Virus record (IMG/VR): IMGVR_UViG_3300031224_000010
From: an uncultured virus (IMG/VR IMGVR_UViG_3300031224_000010)
Taxonomy: Duplodnaviria > Heunggongvirae > Uroviricota > Caudoviricetes
Reading direction: 5' to 3' (one strand)
DNA length: 64,000 bases
Below are positions 56,473 to 64,000 of this stretch, piece by piece. The notes below the pieces were generated by a model. The model was not told the origin of the DNA. It made no database searches and saw only the letters and a program-made list of their open reading frames with translations. How positions within the stretch are numbered: the first letter of the stretch is position 1; each line of letters opens with the position of its first letter. Made by a program: the position numbers and the translations under genes.

Positions 56473-56564
56473 CTTGGTACTGCGATTATTCAAGGCCCAC
56501 GGATAACCAACAAGGGTACGCACGTAAGTCATTGATTGTTGGTTGCTGGGAGCCTGAGAAAGTA

Positions 56565-56848
56565 GGGGGGCTTCGGAAAAGTGTAACAACGTAACAGGGC
56601 CGGATATTGGCTTTTATGCTGCTGATATATATAGGGTTTTTCTGTTACACCTAAAGTGTAATAAAACGTAACGAAAACGTTACATCGTTGATTTTATTAG
56701 GGTGCCTATAGGCATTCCGTTACAGTTAGATAGTGTAACAACATTACGTTTTTATCTTCTAAAGTGTAACAACTTAATTCTAGGAATATCAAGTAGATAG
56801 ATACAATTATTACACTTATTACGTTTGTTACACTTTTCCGAACCCCCC
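56565..56848. repeat. Inverted-repeat-bounded AT-rich GTAAC/GTTAC array (candidate origin)
   Basis: Arms GGGGGGCTTCGGAAAAGTGTAACAA / TTGTTACACTTTTCCGAACCCCCC. Confidence 0.72.
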
Positions 56849-57141
56849 AAACATTCTGAGCCAGCACGCCCCGCACGCACGCCCGCACACGCGTATATCA
56901 CTCCAGAATATCCACACTTTCATAAACAGAAAGACTCCATCCTTGGCTTCGTGGCGATGGTGTGTGGCGGGCGGCAATACCTGGTCTTGGTCTCAGTCAC
57001 CGGCGGCAGCACGTCGACAACGCTAACGTATGTTATTGATTACTGGAGCGGGGAATGTGCGCTTGTGAGCGGGGGGATTCTGCTGGGAGAGGCTTTAAGA
57101 TGCTGAATATAATAGAGATAAGCATATCGGTGACGTGGCTC

Positions 57142-57180
57142 AAGCCACTCCTGGCCGGGTTTTCTGCGTGGTGGGGCCAT
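57142..57180 (-). pseudogene. 5' stub of integrase
   Basis: MAPPRRKPGQEWL vs MAKNQRKQGQEWL of the 21965-23215 integrase; same 1-bp spacing from the xis stop; similarity then lost, stop at 57040. Confidence 0.72.
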
Positions 57181-57181
57181 A

Positions 57182-57421
57182 TTATTGCAACTGTTCTGCC
57201 AGATCCTGAAGTAATCCTAGCTCCTGCGGGTTCTCCGGCAAACCCCGGATCCGCCGTTCCATGGTTTCGAAGTAGGTATCCAGATCAATTCTCCAGCGCC
57301 GGCCGTCGCGGAACGCGCCCGGGATGTCCGGGCAACGCCTGCGAATGGTGGCGAGCGACGGCGGCTGGTTGTCTTCGCAATAAACCACCTCGATGAAGGT
57401 CTGTATTGAGACCGGTCTCAC
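57182..57421 (-). CDS. Putative excisionase
   Basis: Close homologue of 23217-23456. Confidence 0.65.
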   Translation of the reverse strand: MRPVSIQTFIEVVYCEDNQPPSLATIRRRCPDIPGAFRDGRRWRIDLDTYFETMERRIRGLPENPQELGLLQDLAEQLQ

Positions 57422-57747
57422 TGGGTTACCGCCTCCCGCCGAACGTGCCGGCTTTTCCAGCGCTGAAAGTGTGCCTTGATCTGCCGGAACTTGGTGGCAG
57501 CCCGCACGTTATGGTCCAGTTCCGCCCGGCTGCTGATCTGGCATGCGGTGGTGATCAGGTCCCGGGCATCTTCTTCGGTGTGGGTACCGTCCGGAATTTC
57601 GACGTTGCCTTTTACGCTCTGGGCCCGGTCGAGGTACAGCTGGAAGGCTGGATCCTGGCAGAGCATGGCGGCCGAGCGGGCCAGGTGGCCGCCTTTGAGG
57701 TCAGCCATTTTCCTGTTCGCCAATTCGTTATTCTGGGTGCCGGTCAT
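57418..57747 (-). CDS. Conserved phage hypothetical protein
   Basis: Homologue of 23453-23746. Confidence 0.8.
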   Translation of the reverse strand: MTGTQNNELANRKMADLKGGHLARSAAMLCQDPAFQLYLDRAQSVKGNVEIPDGTHTEEDARDLITTACQISSRAELDHNVRAATKFRQIKAHFQRWKSRHVRREAVTQ

Positions 57748-58346
57748 AAACCCTCCAGTGAAACCCGCTTTCTGTCTTCCAGGTATTCCCGGTTAACCTG
57801 CTGCCACCGGTCGTAACGCTGCTGGCTGAAGCCCGGGCCTTTCATGCGGTTGATGGTTTTCTGGTTTTTGGTGACCTGCCGGATTATTTCTTCCGGCGCG
57901 TACTGGTATTGCCAGAGTTCCAGGGCGTCATCTGGCTTGGAACCGTGCCAGGTCTGGCAGATCCAGCCCACGTCGAATACCTGGGATGTGCGCTGGGCGG
58001 ACATTACGTCCGCTCGGAGCTGGTGATAGGCGCCCTGGATCTGCTGCAGGTTGTAGCTGGGCAGGTCGAATGTTCTGCTCTCCATCCACTTGGCCCCATC
58101 CACGGATTGGCACAGGGCGCGAACGCCAACTGACCAGTTGCGCGGGTACTTCAGTAAGTGGCTGGCCAGGTCGTAGCCCATGGGTATCCAGCCGAACTGC
58201 GTCCGCTTCTCTGCCGTGGTGTATTGCTGGCTATCGTCGGGGCTGATCATGCCCTCCCAGGTCCACAATCGGCACTGGGAGAACAGGCGCTGGTCGCGGG
58301 CGTGGGCGCTGTGCTGCTTTCTGCGGTTGTTACGCTTTTGGCTCAT
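57744..58346 (-). CDS. Hypothetical protein
   Basis: 200-aa ORF with ATGA overlaps at both ends. Confidence 0.7.
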   Translation of the reverse strand: MSQKRNNRRKQHSAHARDQRLFSQCRLWTWEGMISPDDSQQYTTAEKRTQFGWIPMGYDLASHLLKYPRNWSVGVRALCQSVDGAKWMESRTFDLPSYNLQQIQGAYHQLRADVMSAQRTSQVFDVGWICQTWHGSKPDDALELWQYQYAPEEIIRQVTKNQKTINRMKGPGFSQQRYDRWQQVNREYLEDRKRVSLEGL

Positions 58347-58663
58347 TGCGGAATCTCCCCGATTTCGGCCAGGGCTTTGCGGCCGGCGCGAAGCATGGCT
58401 TGCCGGTGGGACTTCTTCTCGATGCCGCGAAAATTCATCAGGTGCAGCACGCTCAGTACCTTTCGGATGGTGCCGGCGGGGTCGCGTTCGGCATCGTTGT
58501 TCAGGCTGATGGCGCAGTCGCTGGCGCTGGTGTTGATCAGGGCGGTCATCTGCTGTTCTGTCCGGTCAATCAGGCCCCCGAGTGGGGCGCGGACTGGCTT
58601 CCGGATGCCGTCTTCCCGAAGCCCTTCTTCGAAGTCCTGCCTGGTTGCTTCTTGGATGCTCAT
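58343..58663 (-). CDS. Hypothetical protein
   Basis: ATGA overlaps at both ends. Confidence 0.68.
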   Translation of the reverse strand: MSIQEATRQDFEEGLREDGIRKPVRAPLGGLIDRTEQQMTALINTSASDCAISLNNDAERDPAGTIRKVLSVLHLMNFRGIEKKSHRQAMLRAGRKALAEIGEIPQ

Positions 58664-59034
58664 GCCGCAGTCTCCTTCAGCTCGACTTCGATGGGTTTGT
58701 TCATGGTAATCAGGTGATCCAGGTAGCGGATGAAGGTTTCCAGCCTGGCCATCCGCTCGCGGTAGTCCTCGTGCATCTCCGTCAGGTCCATAAACTCATA
58801 GAAATACAGGCGGATATCCAGACCGCCCAATGGTTCTGGCAATTCGAAGCCCTCGCGCCACACCGTGTTCACCGGCATGATCTGCACATCAGCAGTAGAG
58901 GTGTGCCCATGAAAATCAACGTGTGCCTGAACGATCTTTCTGCGGTTCAGGATCATGCCCTGCAGGAAGATTTCCTCTAATGCCAGGTGCAGGTTGTCGG
59001 TCATCTGTTCTTCGGTTAGCGTCAGCGTATTCAT
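58660..59034 (-). CDS. Conserved phage hypothetical protein
   Basis: Homologue of 25357-25731. Confidence 0.78.
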   Translation of the reverse strand: MNTLTLTEEQMTDNLHLALEEIFLQGMILNRRKIVQAHVDFHGHTSTADVQIMPVNTVWREGFELPEPLGGLDIRLYFYEFMDLTEMHEDYRERMARLETFIRYLDHLITMNKPIEVELKETAA

Positions 59035-59066
59035 ATTCTTCTCCGTCTGGCCTTTCCGGCCTGTAT

Positions 59067-59285
59067 TTATCGGTAATTCCGCGTCTTCACTTCCAGCAGC
59101 TGCTGGCAATCCACGCAGGTGGCGCAGCCGGGCAGCGCTTCCCGCCGTTTGGCGGGGATCTCGGTACCGCACTCTTCGCAGTAAGGATCGTTACTCGTGC
59201 CCTTTGGCTGGTTCCGCTGGTTCTCCAGGGCCAGCTCCAGGGACTGCTCGATGTAGTCACCGGCGATATCGGCTTTATCCGCCAT
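59067..59285 (-). CDS. TraR/DksA C4-type zinc-finger protein
   Basis: CEECGTEIPAKRR..PGCATCVDCQ. Confidence 0.92.
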   Translation of the reverse strand: MADKADIAGDYIEQSLELALENQRNQPKGTSNDPYCEECGTEIPAKRREALPGCATCVDCQQLLEVKTRNYR

Positions 59286-59775
59286 GGCGCAGGGCCTCCG
59301 TGGCGTCTGGGTTCAGGTCCATGGCCGGGACCAGGCGAACGGATCCGGCTTTCACGCAGGCCTGGGCCTGCTCGGGGGAATCGAACACCACCACCATGGC
59401 CACGCGGTGGTGGCAGCGGCCGTGGTCTTCGTTGATCACGGTCAGCTCTCCAAGGTCGTGCACGCGGCCGGTGGGTTGATTTGCAGGTTCGTTGTTCATG
59501 GGCGCTTCCTTATTTGGCGGTAGCCGGTAACGGATCAGTTTCAGGCCACGGTCGGTGATCAGGGTTTTGGTGTAGGGCGTTTTACCCCTGGTTGGGTGCT
59601 CATAGGTGCCGGTCTTCACCACGAAGATGCCTTTGCCGCGGAACGGTCCGGCGGGCATGTTGTGTTTGTCCAGCATCTTCAGCCTGCGAAGCTCGCGGGC
59701 CAGTGTGTTGCGGCCGGTGTCCAGCAGGGCGGCGGCCTGGTCGAAGGTGTGTTCCACGGTGGTTTCCTCCCTCAC
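59275..59775 (-). CDS. Antirepressor KilAC(ANT)-like domain in frame with conserved hypothetical
   Basis: AAALLDTGRNTL...GIFVVKTGTY...KTLITDRGL; C-half homologous to 26448-26684. Confidence 0.7.
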   Translation of the reverse strand: MREETTVEHTFDQAAALLDTGRNTLARELRRLKMLDKHNMPAGPFRGKGIFVVKTGTYEHPTRGKTPYTKTLITDRGLKLIRYRLPPNKEAPMNNEPANQPTGRVHDLGELTVINEDHGRCHHRVAMVVVFDSPEQAQACVKAGSVRLVPAMDLNPDATEALRHGG

Positions 59776-62480
59776 AGCTCTTTCTCAAAGATCCAGCACC
59801 GGACGCTGTCGCTGCCAAGACTGTTGCCCTGGCTGCGAATCACGGAACGGACGGTGCGGCTGGATTCGATGAACTTGCGGCTGCGCGATGTTTTCAGGTG
59901 GCGCTTTAGCTCGCTCATCGGTGGTATGCGCAGCTTCTCTTCTGCACACACATGCTCGAAGTGCTTCAGGTTGACGGCGATCAGCTTGGCTTCGTCACCG
60001 TAGTGGTTCAGCACCGGGTAGCTGTTCAGACCCTCGATGTAGTCAACCGCTTCCCAGAACTCCTGCACCATCGGGTGGTCCGCATTCACGGACGTTTGGC
60101 GCTCCAGGGCCATTTCCTGAACCATCTCCCGCGCGGGCTCAAGGTAGGATTCGGGCAGCAGCTTCAGGCCATCCGGCCCCAGGCAATCCACCAGGGCCAG
60201 AAGCTGCCCGTGGTTTTTCGCAATCCGGTGGATGCGGATGTCGGGCATCTCGGCCAGGGCTTTTTCGTACTGGGGGGCGCGCTCAGTCACCAGGCGCATT
60301 ACCTTAGATTCGCCGGCGGTGGCCTGCAGCACGAAGCCGCTGACCTTTTCCATGGGCGTGCGTTCCAGCTTCTCGGCCAGGGCCTTGGTGGTCTCGTTGT
60401 GGTTTTCGCGGGTGACGTTCAGGTGCATGATGCGCTGCAGCACGGCATCGCTGGCGTTTACCTGGGCGTTCTGGCTGATCACGATGGCGCCACGGAAGGG
60501 CGGTTCGTAGGTGTCGTTGCCGCCGTTCTTCTGGCCACGGCTGCGCACGCTGCGGCCGTTGTAGGCGGTTTTCAACTCATCCCAGTCGAACTGTTTCTGC
60601 TTTCCGCCGGCGCCGTCCTGGTCGCGGTCGGACTCAATCAGCACAACCGGCAGGTTGGACACCTGGGCGAAGTTCCGGGCCCGGGCGGCTAGGGTGGCCT
60701 TGCTGGGGTCGAAGCCTTCGTAATCCTGCCGGCCTACCAGCTTCCACAGGAATTCGATCAACGTGGATTTACCGGAGCCGGCTTCGCCCACAATCTCGAT
60801 GAAGGGAAAGCTTTTGTGTGCCTTGCGGATCTGCTCGGCGAACAGCGTGCCCAGCCAGTAGGACAGGGCGATCACACCCTTGGGGCCGAAACAGTTGGCC
60901 AGATCCTGAGCCCAGCCGCGCTGGTAGTCTGCGGAGTTCTTATTGATGTTCAGGGCTACCGATTCCGACAGCGTTTTCACGCTCATGCGGCCGATGTCGT
61001 AGTAGTCTTCGTTGTTCAGCTCGTGTATCTGCCCGGCGTGAACGGCCAGCTCCGGGAATACCCAGGTTTCGTGCTCTTTGCTGTAGCCGATGAAATCGAT
61101 GGTCTCGACAGTTTTAATGCCGGAGATTTGCTGCTTCAGCAGGCGGTCCAGCTGATGGCTGGAACCGGTCCACACGGCACCGGGCGCCACGCCCAGCAGG
61201 CGCTTCTTGAATTCGCTGGCGCTGGCCAGCTGGCCGCCGCTGAAGGTGTTCTTAACCGGCCGCCCGTCGTGCGGGAAATCCACACGGTAGTAGTACCAGC
61301 TTTCATCGGTGATCTTGTTGGCCAGGTAATACAGGGCGGTGGGGTAGCAGTTGGCGATCTCGATGACCGCGTTGCACTGTTCCAGGGCCCGGGTAACGAT
61401 CTGCTTGTCCGTCAGCGGCTCGTCGCTTTCCTCCAGGTCGCTCATCGCCTTGTGGAATTCGTCCATGTTCAACTTGAACCAGAACAGGCGGTTGTTGAAC
61501 CCGAAAGGGAATTCTTTCCGGTTGGTGTGCGTGTAGATGCGGTTGGCTTTCTCGCCAGCGCTGCGGGCAATGACCAGGTCGCCCTGGTAAAGGAATTCGT
61601 CGGTGGTCGGCTCGCCGTGTTCGTTGACCAGCTCGCCTCGCTGCCAGGCGTCGTTCCAGTCACGCTTGAACTTGCCTTCCCGGGGGATAACCGCAGCGCC
61701 TACCTTCAGGCCCTGTGACCGGGCGATGTTGGCAAACTTGCCAATGTAGCGAACACCGGCTTCGTCACCGTCCATGGCCCAGATGATGCGGGGCATGTCT
61801 TGGCCCGCTTTTTCCCGGGTGGCTGTCAGGGTGTCCAGGAACTTATCCGGGTAGTTGTTGCAGCTGAACGCGGCCACGGCGGGTATGCCGGCGTGGTACA
61901 GGGCGATCGCATCGAAGATGCCTTCCACCACCCAGAGCTCCTTGCCCTGGGACAGATCCAGCCCGGGCGGTGCCCAGGCCAGGCCTTTGAAGTTGGCGCC
62001 CCGGTTGAAGTGGGCTTTCATTTTGCCGAACCGGTGGGGCTTGTCGATCAGCCGTTCCCAGTGGTCGCGGTCGTTGATCTGGAAGCGCACGGTGGCGCTG
62101 CTGATGTTGCGCTCGTAATCCCAGTAGGTTTCCTGGTTGTACCAGCCCTTCACCACAGCCAGATCGAAGCCGCGGCCGTGCTTCATATACGCATCGGCCA
62201 CTTCGGTACCGGTGGGCTTTTCGCCTTGCTTCAGGTCGGTTCTGGCGTAGCGCTCTGTCCAGCTGTCGAACAGATCCGGGAACAGCTCCTTTACGTGGTG
62301 CTGTTCACCGCAACGGCTCTCACGCCCGCACTTCACCATCCATGGTTCGTCGGTGCCCACGAAGGCTTCACGCTTGCCACAGGAGTGGCAGCGCAGGCGG
62401 CGCAGGAACTTGCCGCGCTCCAGGCCTTCGTAGTCACTCTGGAGCCGTAGAAGGATGTCGGCCCTTAGTTGGTCTTGCAT
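59772..62480 (-). CDS. Primase-helicase (Zn finger + TOPRIM + P-loop)
   Basis: CHSCGKRE, VVEGIFDA, AMDGD, GEAGSGKST. Confidence 0.92.
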   Translation of the reverse strand: MQDQLRADILLRLQSDYEGLERGKFLRRLRCHSCGKREAFVGTDEPWMVKCGRESRCGEQHHVKELFPDLFDSWTERYARTDLKQGEKPTGTEVADAYMKHGRGFDLAVVKGWYNQETYWDYERNISSATVRFQINDRDHWERLIDKPHRFGKMKAHFNRGANFKGLAWAPPGLDLSQGKELWVVEGIFDAIALYHAGIPAVAAFSCNNYPDKFLDTLTATREKAGQDMPRIIWAMDGDEAGVRYIGKFANIARSQGLKVGAAVIPREGKFKRDWNDAWQRGELVNEHGEPTTDEFLYQGDLVIARSAGEKANRIYTHTNRKEFPFGFNNRLFWFKLNMDEFHKAMSDLEESDEPLTDKQIVTRALEQCNAVIEIANCYPTALYYLANKITDESWYYYRVDFPHDGRPVKNTFSGGQLASASEFKKRLLGVAPGAVWTGSSHQLDRLLKQQISGIKTVETIDFIGYSKEHETWVFPELAVHAGQIHELNNEDYYDIGRMSVKTLSESVALNINKNSADYQRGWAQDLANCFGPKGVIALSYWLGTLFAEQIRKAHKSFPFIEIVGEAGSGKSTLIEFLWKLVGRQDYEGFDPSKATLAARARNFAQVSNLPVVLIESDRDQDGAGGKQKQFDWDELKTAYNGRSVRSRGQKNGGNDTYEPPFRGAIVISQNAQVNASDAVLQRIMHLNVTRENHNETTKALAEKLERTPMEKVSGFVLQATAGESKVMRLVTERAPQYEKALAEMPDIRIHRIAKNHGQLLALVDCLGPDGLKLLPESYLEPAREMVQEMALERQTSVNADHPMVQEFWEAVDYIEGLNSYPVLNHYGDEAKLIAVNLKHFEHVCAEEKLRIPPMSELKRHLKTSRSRKFIESSRTVRSVIRSQGNSLGSDSVRCWIFEKEL

Positions 62481-62495
62481 GCGGGGCGCTCCGGA

Positions 62496-62834
62496 TCAGG
62501 CGTTGATTCGATTGATGGTGTTGTGCTGCGAGTCCCGCAGCTGCAGGAGCTCGTGCACTGAAAAGATGTTGGTGCGGCCGCTGGCGTCGTGGATAACCAC
62601 GGTATTGCCGGTAGTGAGGCTGACATCGACGTAGGCCGGCGGCTTGCCGGTGGCTTCCAGATCCGCCCATGCCTTGGTGGTGACCAGTGCCGCCCGCCGC
62701 CGACTGCATTGGTACTGCTCCATCAGGCTGTCGATGGTCATATCCACACACTCGCGGGCGTCGTAGTGGCCATTGCGCAGAGCCAGAAGCTGGGCATAGG
62801 CGGAGTCGGTCATGTTTTGTGCGATCGCGTTCAT
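62496..62834 (-). CDS. Conserved phage hypothetical protein
   Basis: Homologue of 29437-29778. Confidence 0.78.
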   Translation of the reverse strand: MNAIAQNMTDSAYAQLLALRNGHYDARECVDMTIDSLMEQYQCSRRRAALVTTKAWADLEATGKPPAYVDVSLTTGNTVVIHDASGRTNIFSVHELLQLRDSQHNTINRINA

Positions 62835-63394
62835 CGTTGTGGTTCCTTTTTCTTGGGTTGGAACTTCTCGTAGGCCAGCTCCATTTCCTGCTGGCATTGC
62901 TCCCGGACTTCCGGGGATAACGGTATCTCTCGCAGGCCGCCGTCCGGGTCCAGTGACAGGCGGTCGGTGTGAGTAATGAACACCACGCCCCGGTACCCGC
63001 AATGGTCTGCGTCCTGGCAGAACACGTAGAGCTGACGCTGGGCCCGGATCATCTGCACGCTGGTGCGAACACGGCACACGCCCTGGCAGTGCGGGCAGAG
63101 AATTCTAAGAAAGCTGTTTCGAATGCCGGGCTGAAGTTTCTGGTGGCCTTCCTCCGGCATTGTCGGGTGCCTGGCTTCCAGCACCGGGCCGTAGGAGACC
63201 TGAACGGACCCCCGGTAGCCGCACTCAAGGTTCCGGCACTGCACCAGAGCGTCCGATCCGCGCTCCTGTATGCTGCGACTGGACTGAATGGAACACGCCT
63301 CCCCGCAGGATGGGCAGTTCAGGTGCAGGAAGTTCCGGGTCAGCCGGCTCATGGTTGCCGGGTTTTCCGCTTGCTGTGCGCTGTCGCTCGCCAT
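62831..63394 (-). CDS. Tandem two-domain Ogr/Delta-like activator
   Basis: CPSC...CRNLECGYRG and CPHC...CQDADHCGYRG. Confidence 0.8.
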   Translation of the reverse strand: MASDSAQQAENPATMSRLTRNFLHLNCPSCGEACSIQSSRSIQERGSDALVQCRNLECGYRGSVQVSYGPVLEARHPTMPEEGHQKLQPGIRNSFLRILCPHCQGVCRVRTSVQMIRAQRQLYVFCQDADHCGYRGVVFITHTDRLSLDPDGGLREIPLSPEVREQCQQEMELAYEKFQPKKKEPQR

Positions 63395-63411
63395 GGTGAT
63401 TGCTGCGCCCC

Positions 63412-63609
63412 TTAGTGCCGTTGTTTTGTGCCTGGGTGAACCAGGTGGATGCGGCTGTTCCGATCCTCGATGGTTTTCAGGAACCGGAGCCCTTCTGCCA
63501 TCGGCAGCCCTGCTCTGATTACGTAGGCGTTGATGCGCCACTTGGTGTCCCTTTCCTGTCTGTCGAACCACTCCATCAGCTCTTTTTCGGTGTTGGTTTG
63601 TTGGTGCAT
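63412..63609 (-). CDS. Hypothetical protein
   Basis: 65-aa ORF with RBS in early operon. Confidence 0.55.
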   Translation of the reverse strand: MHQQTNTEKELMEWFDRQERDTKWRINAYVIRAGLPMAEGLRFLKTIEDRNSRIHLVHPGTKQRH

Positions 63610-63703
63610 TCAGTCCTCGGTGGTGATTAAGGGATTCTCTGGGGATTCCCTACGGAAGCTGTTAAAAGCCAAAACTCCCTGGCGTCGTTAATTCATTGCG
63701 AAA

Positions 63704-64000
63704 TTAGAGCGTTCGGCGCTCGTACCTCTGGCGCAGCTCTTCGCCGCCCGGAATGCCTTCTTCGTCCAGGAAGCGATCAATGGCCCGGCGGCGCTGGCCG
63801 GGGACTTGACTGGCTTTCAGGATTTCTTCGGCAGAGGGAACACCGGCCTGTTCCAGGAACTGCTGGATGGCATGGCGCGCAGCGGCCGCACGGCGGCGGG
63901 TGCCGTCAGACCCCAGATTGCGAGCCCACCACAGAAGGCGGATGTGGTCTTCCGTGCTCAGGCGGATGCTGAACTTATGCTCGCGTACCGCTTTTGGCGG
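63704..64000 (-). CDS. Hypothetical RHH-like protein, 5' end outside window
   Basis: Open frame ...VREHKFSIRLSTEDHIRLLWWARNLG...ERRTL*. Confidence 0.55.
   Translation of the reverse strand, partial: PPKAVREHKFSIRLSTEDHIRLLWWARNLGSDGTRRRAAAARHAIQQFLEQAGVPSAEEILKASQVPGQRRRAIDRFLDEEGIPGGEELRQRYERRTL

Noticed and set aside
1..64000. Additional remote VR targets for this TR
   Set aside because: None seen by eye in the window; a BLASTN of TR against the full genome would be needed

Overview
The whole window is P2/phiCTX-like temperate phage DNA from a probable Gammaproteobacterium; no host housekeeping genes are visible. It holds two diverged but syntenic sets of contractile-tail, baseplate, lysis, head and early/replication genes. 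Each set carries a complete diversity-generating retroelement (DGR) in place of the P2 tail-fibre locus: DUF1566/CLec-type target gene with VR, then avd, a structured leader, TR, RT and a translationally coupled 173-aa gene. TR and VR match over 135 bp with 15 mismatches, all at TR adenines in AAY codons. The two cassettes share an apparently identical 3,534-bp block (5080-8613 and 39778-43311) exactly 34,698 bp apart, while all flanking homologues are diverged. The 34.7-kb interval is one complete, circularly permuted phage genome ('phage X'). It has an attP-like junction in its middle (tRNA-Cys 3' half flanked by matching 17-bp arm repeats) and an integrase with Gln where the first catalytic Arg is expected. 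The outer phage ('phage Y') keeps only a 13-codon integrase stub. The best-fitting reading is a two-phage cointegrate joined through a shared DGR; tandem prophages or an assembly join across the repeat are not excluded. Also seen: six TTGT-N13/14-ACAA late-promoter boxes, two conserved inverted-repeat/GTAAC arrays (candidate origins), E/E' frameshift sites, a WYL-BRCT accessory gene, swapped endolysins and a tandem Ogr/Delta activator. All calls are by motif recognition and synteny; no database searches were run.
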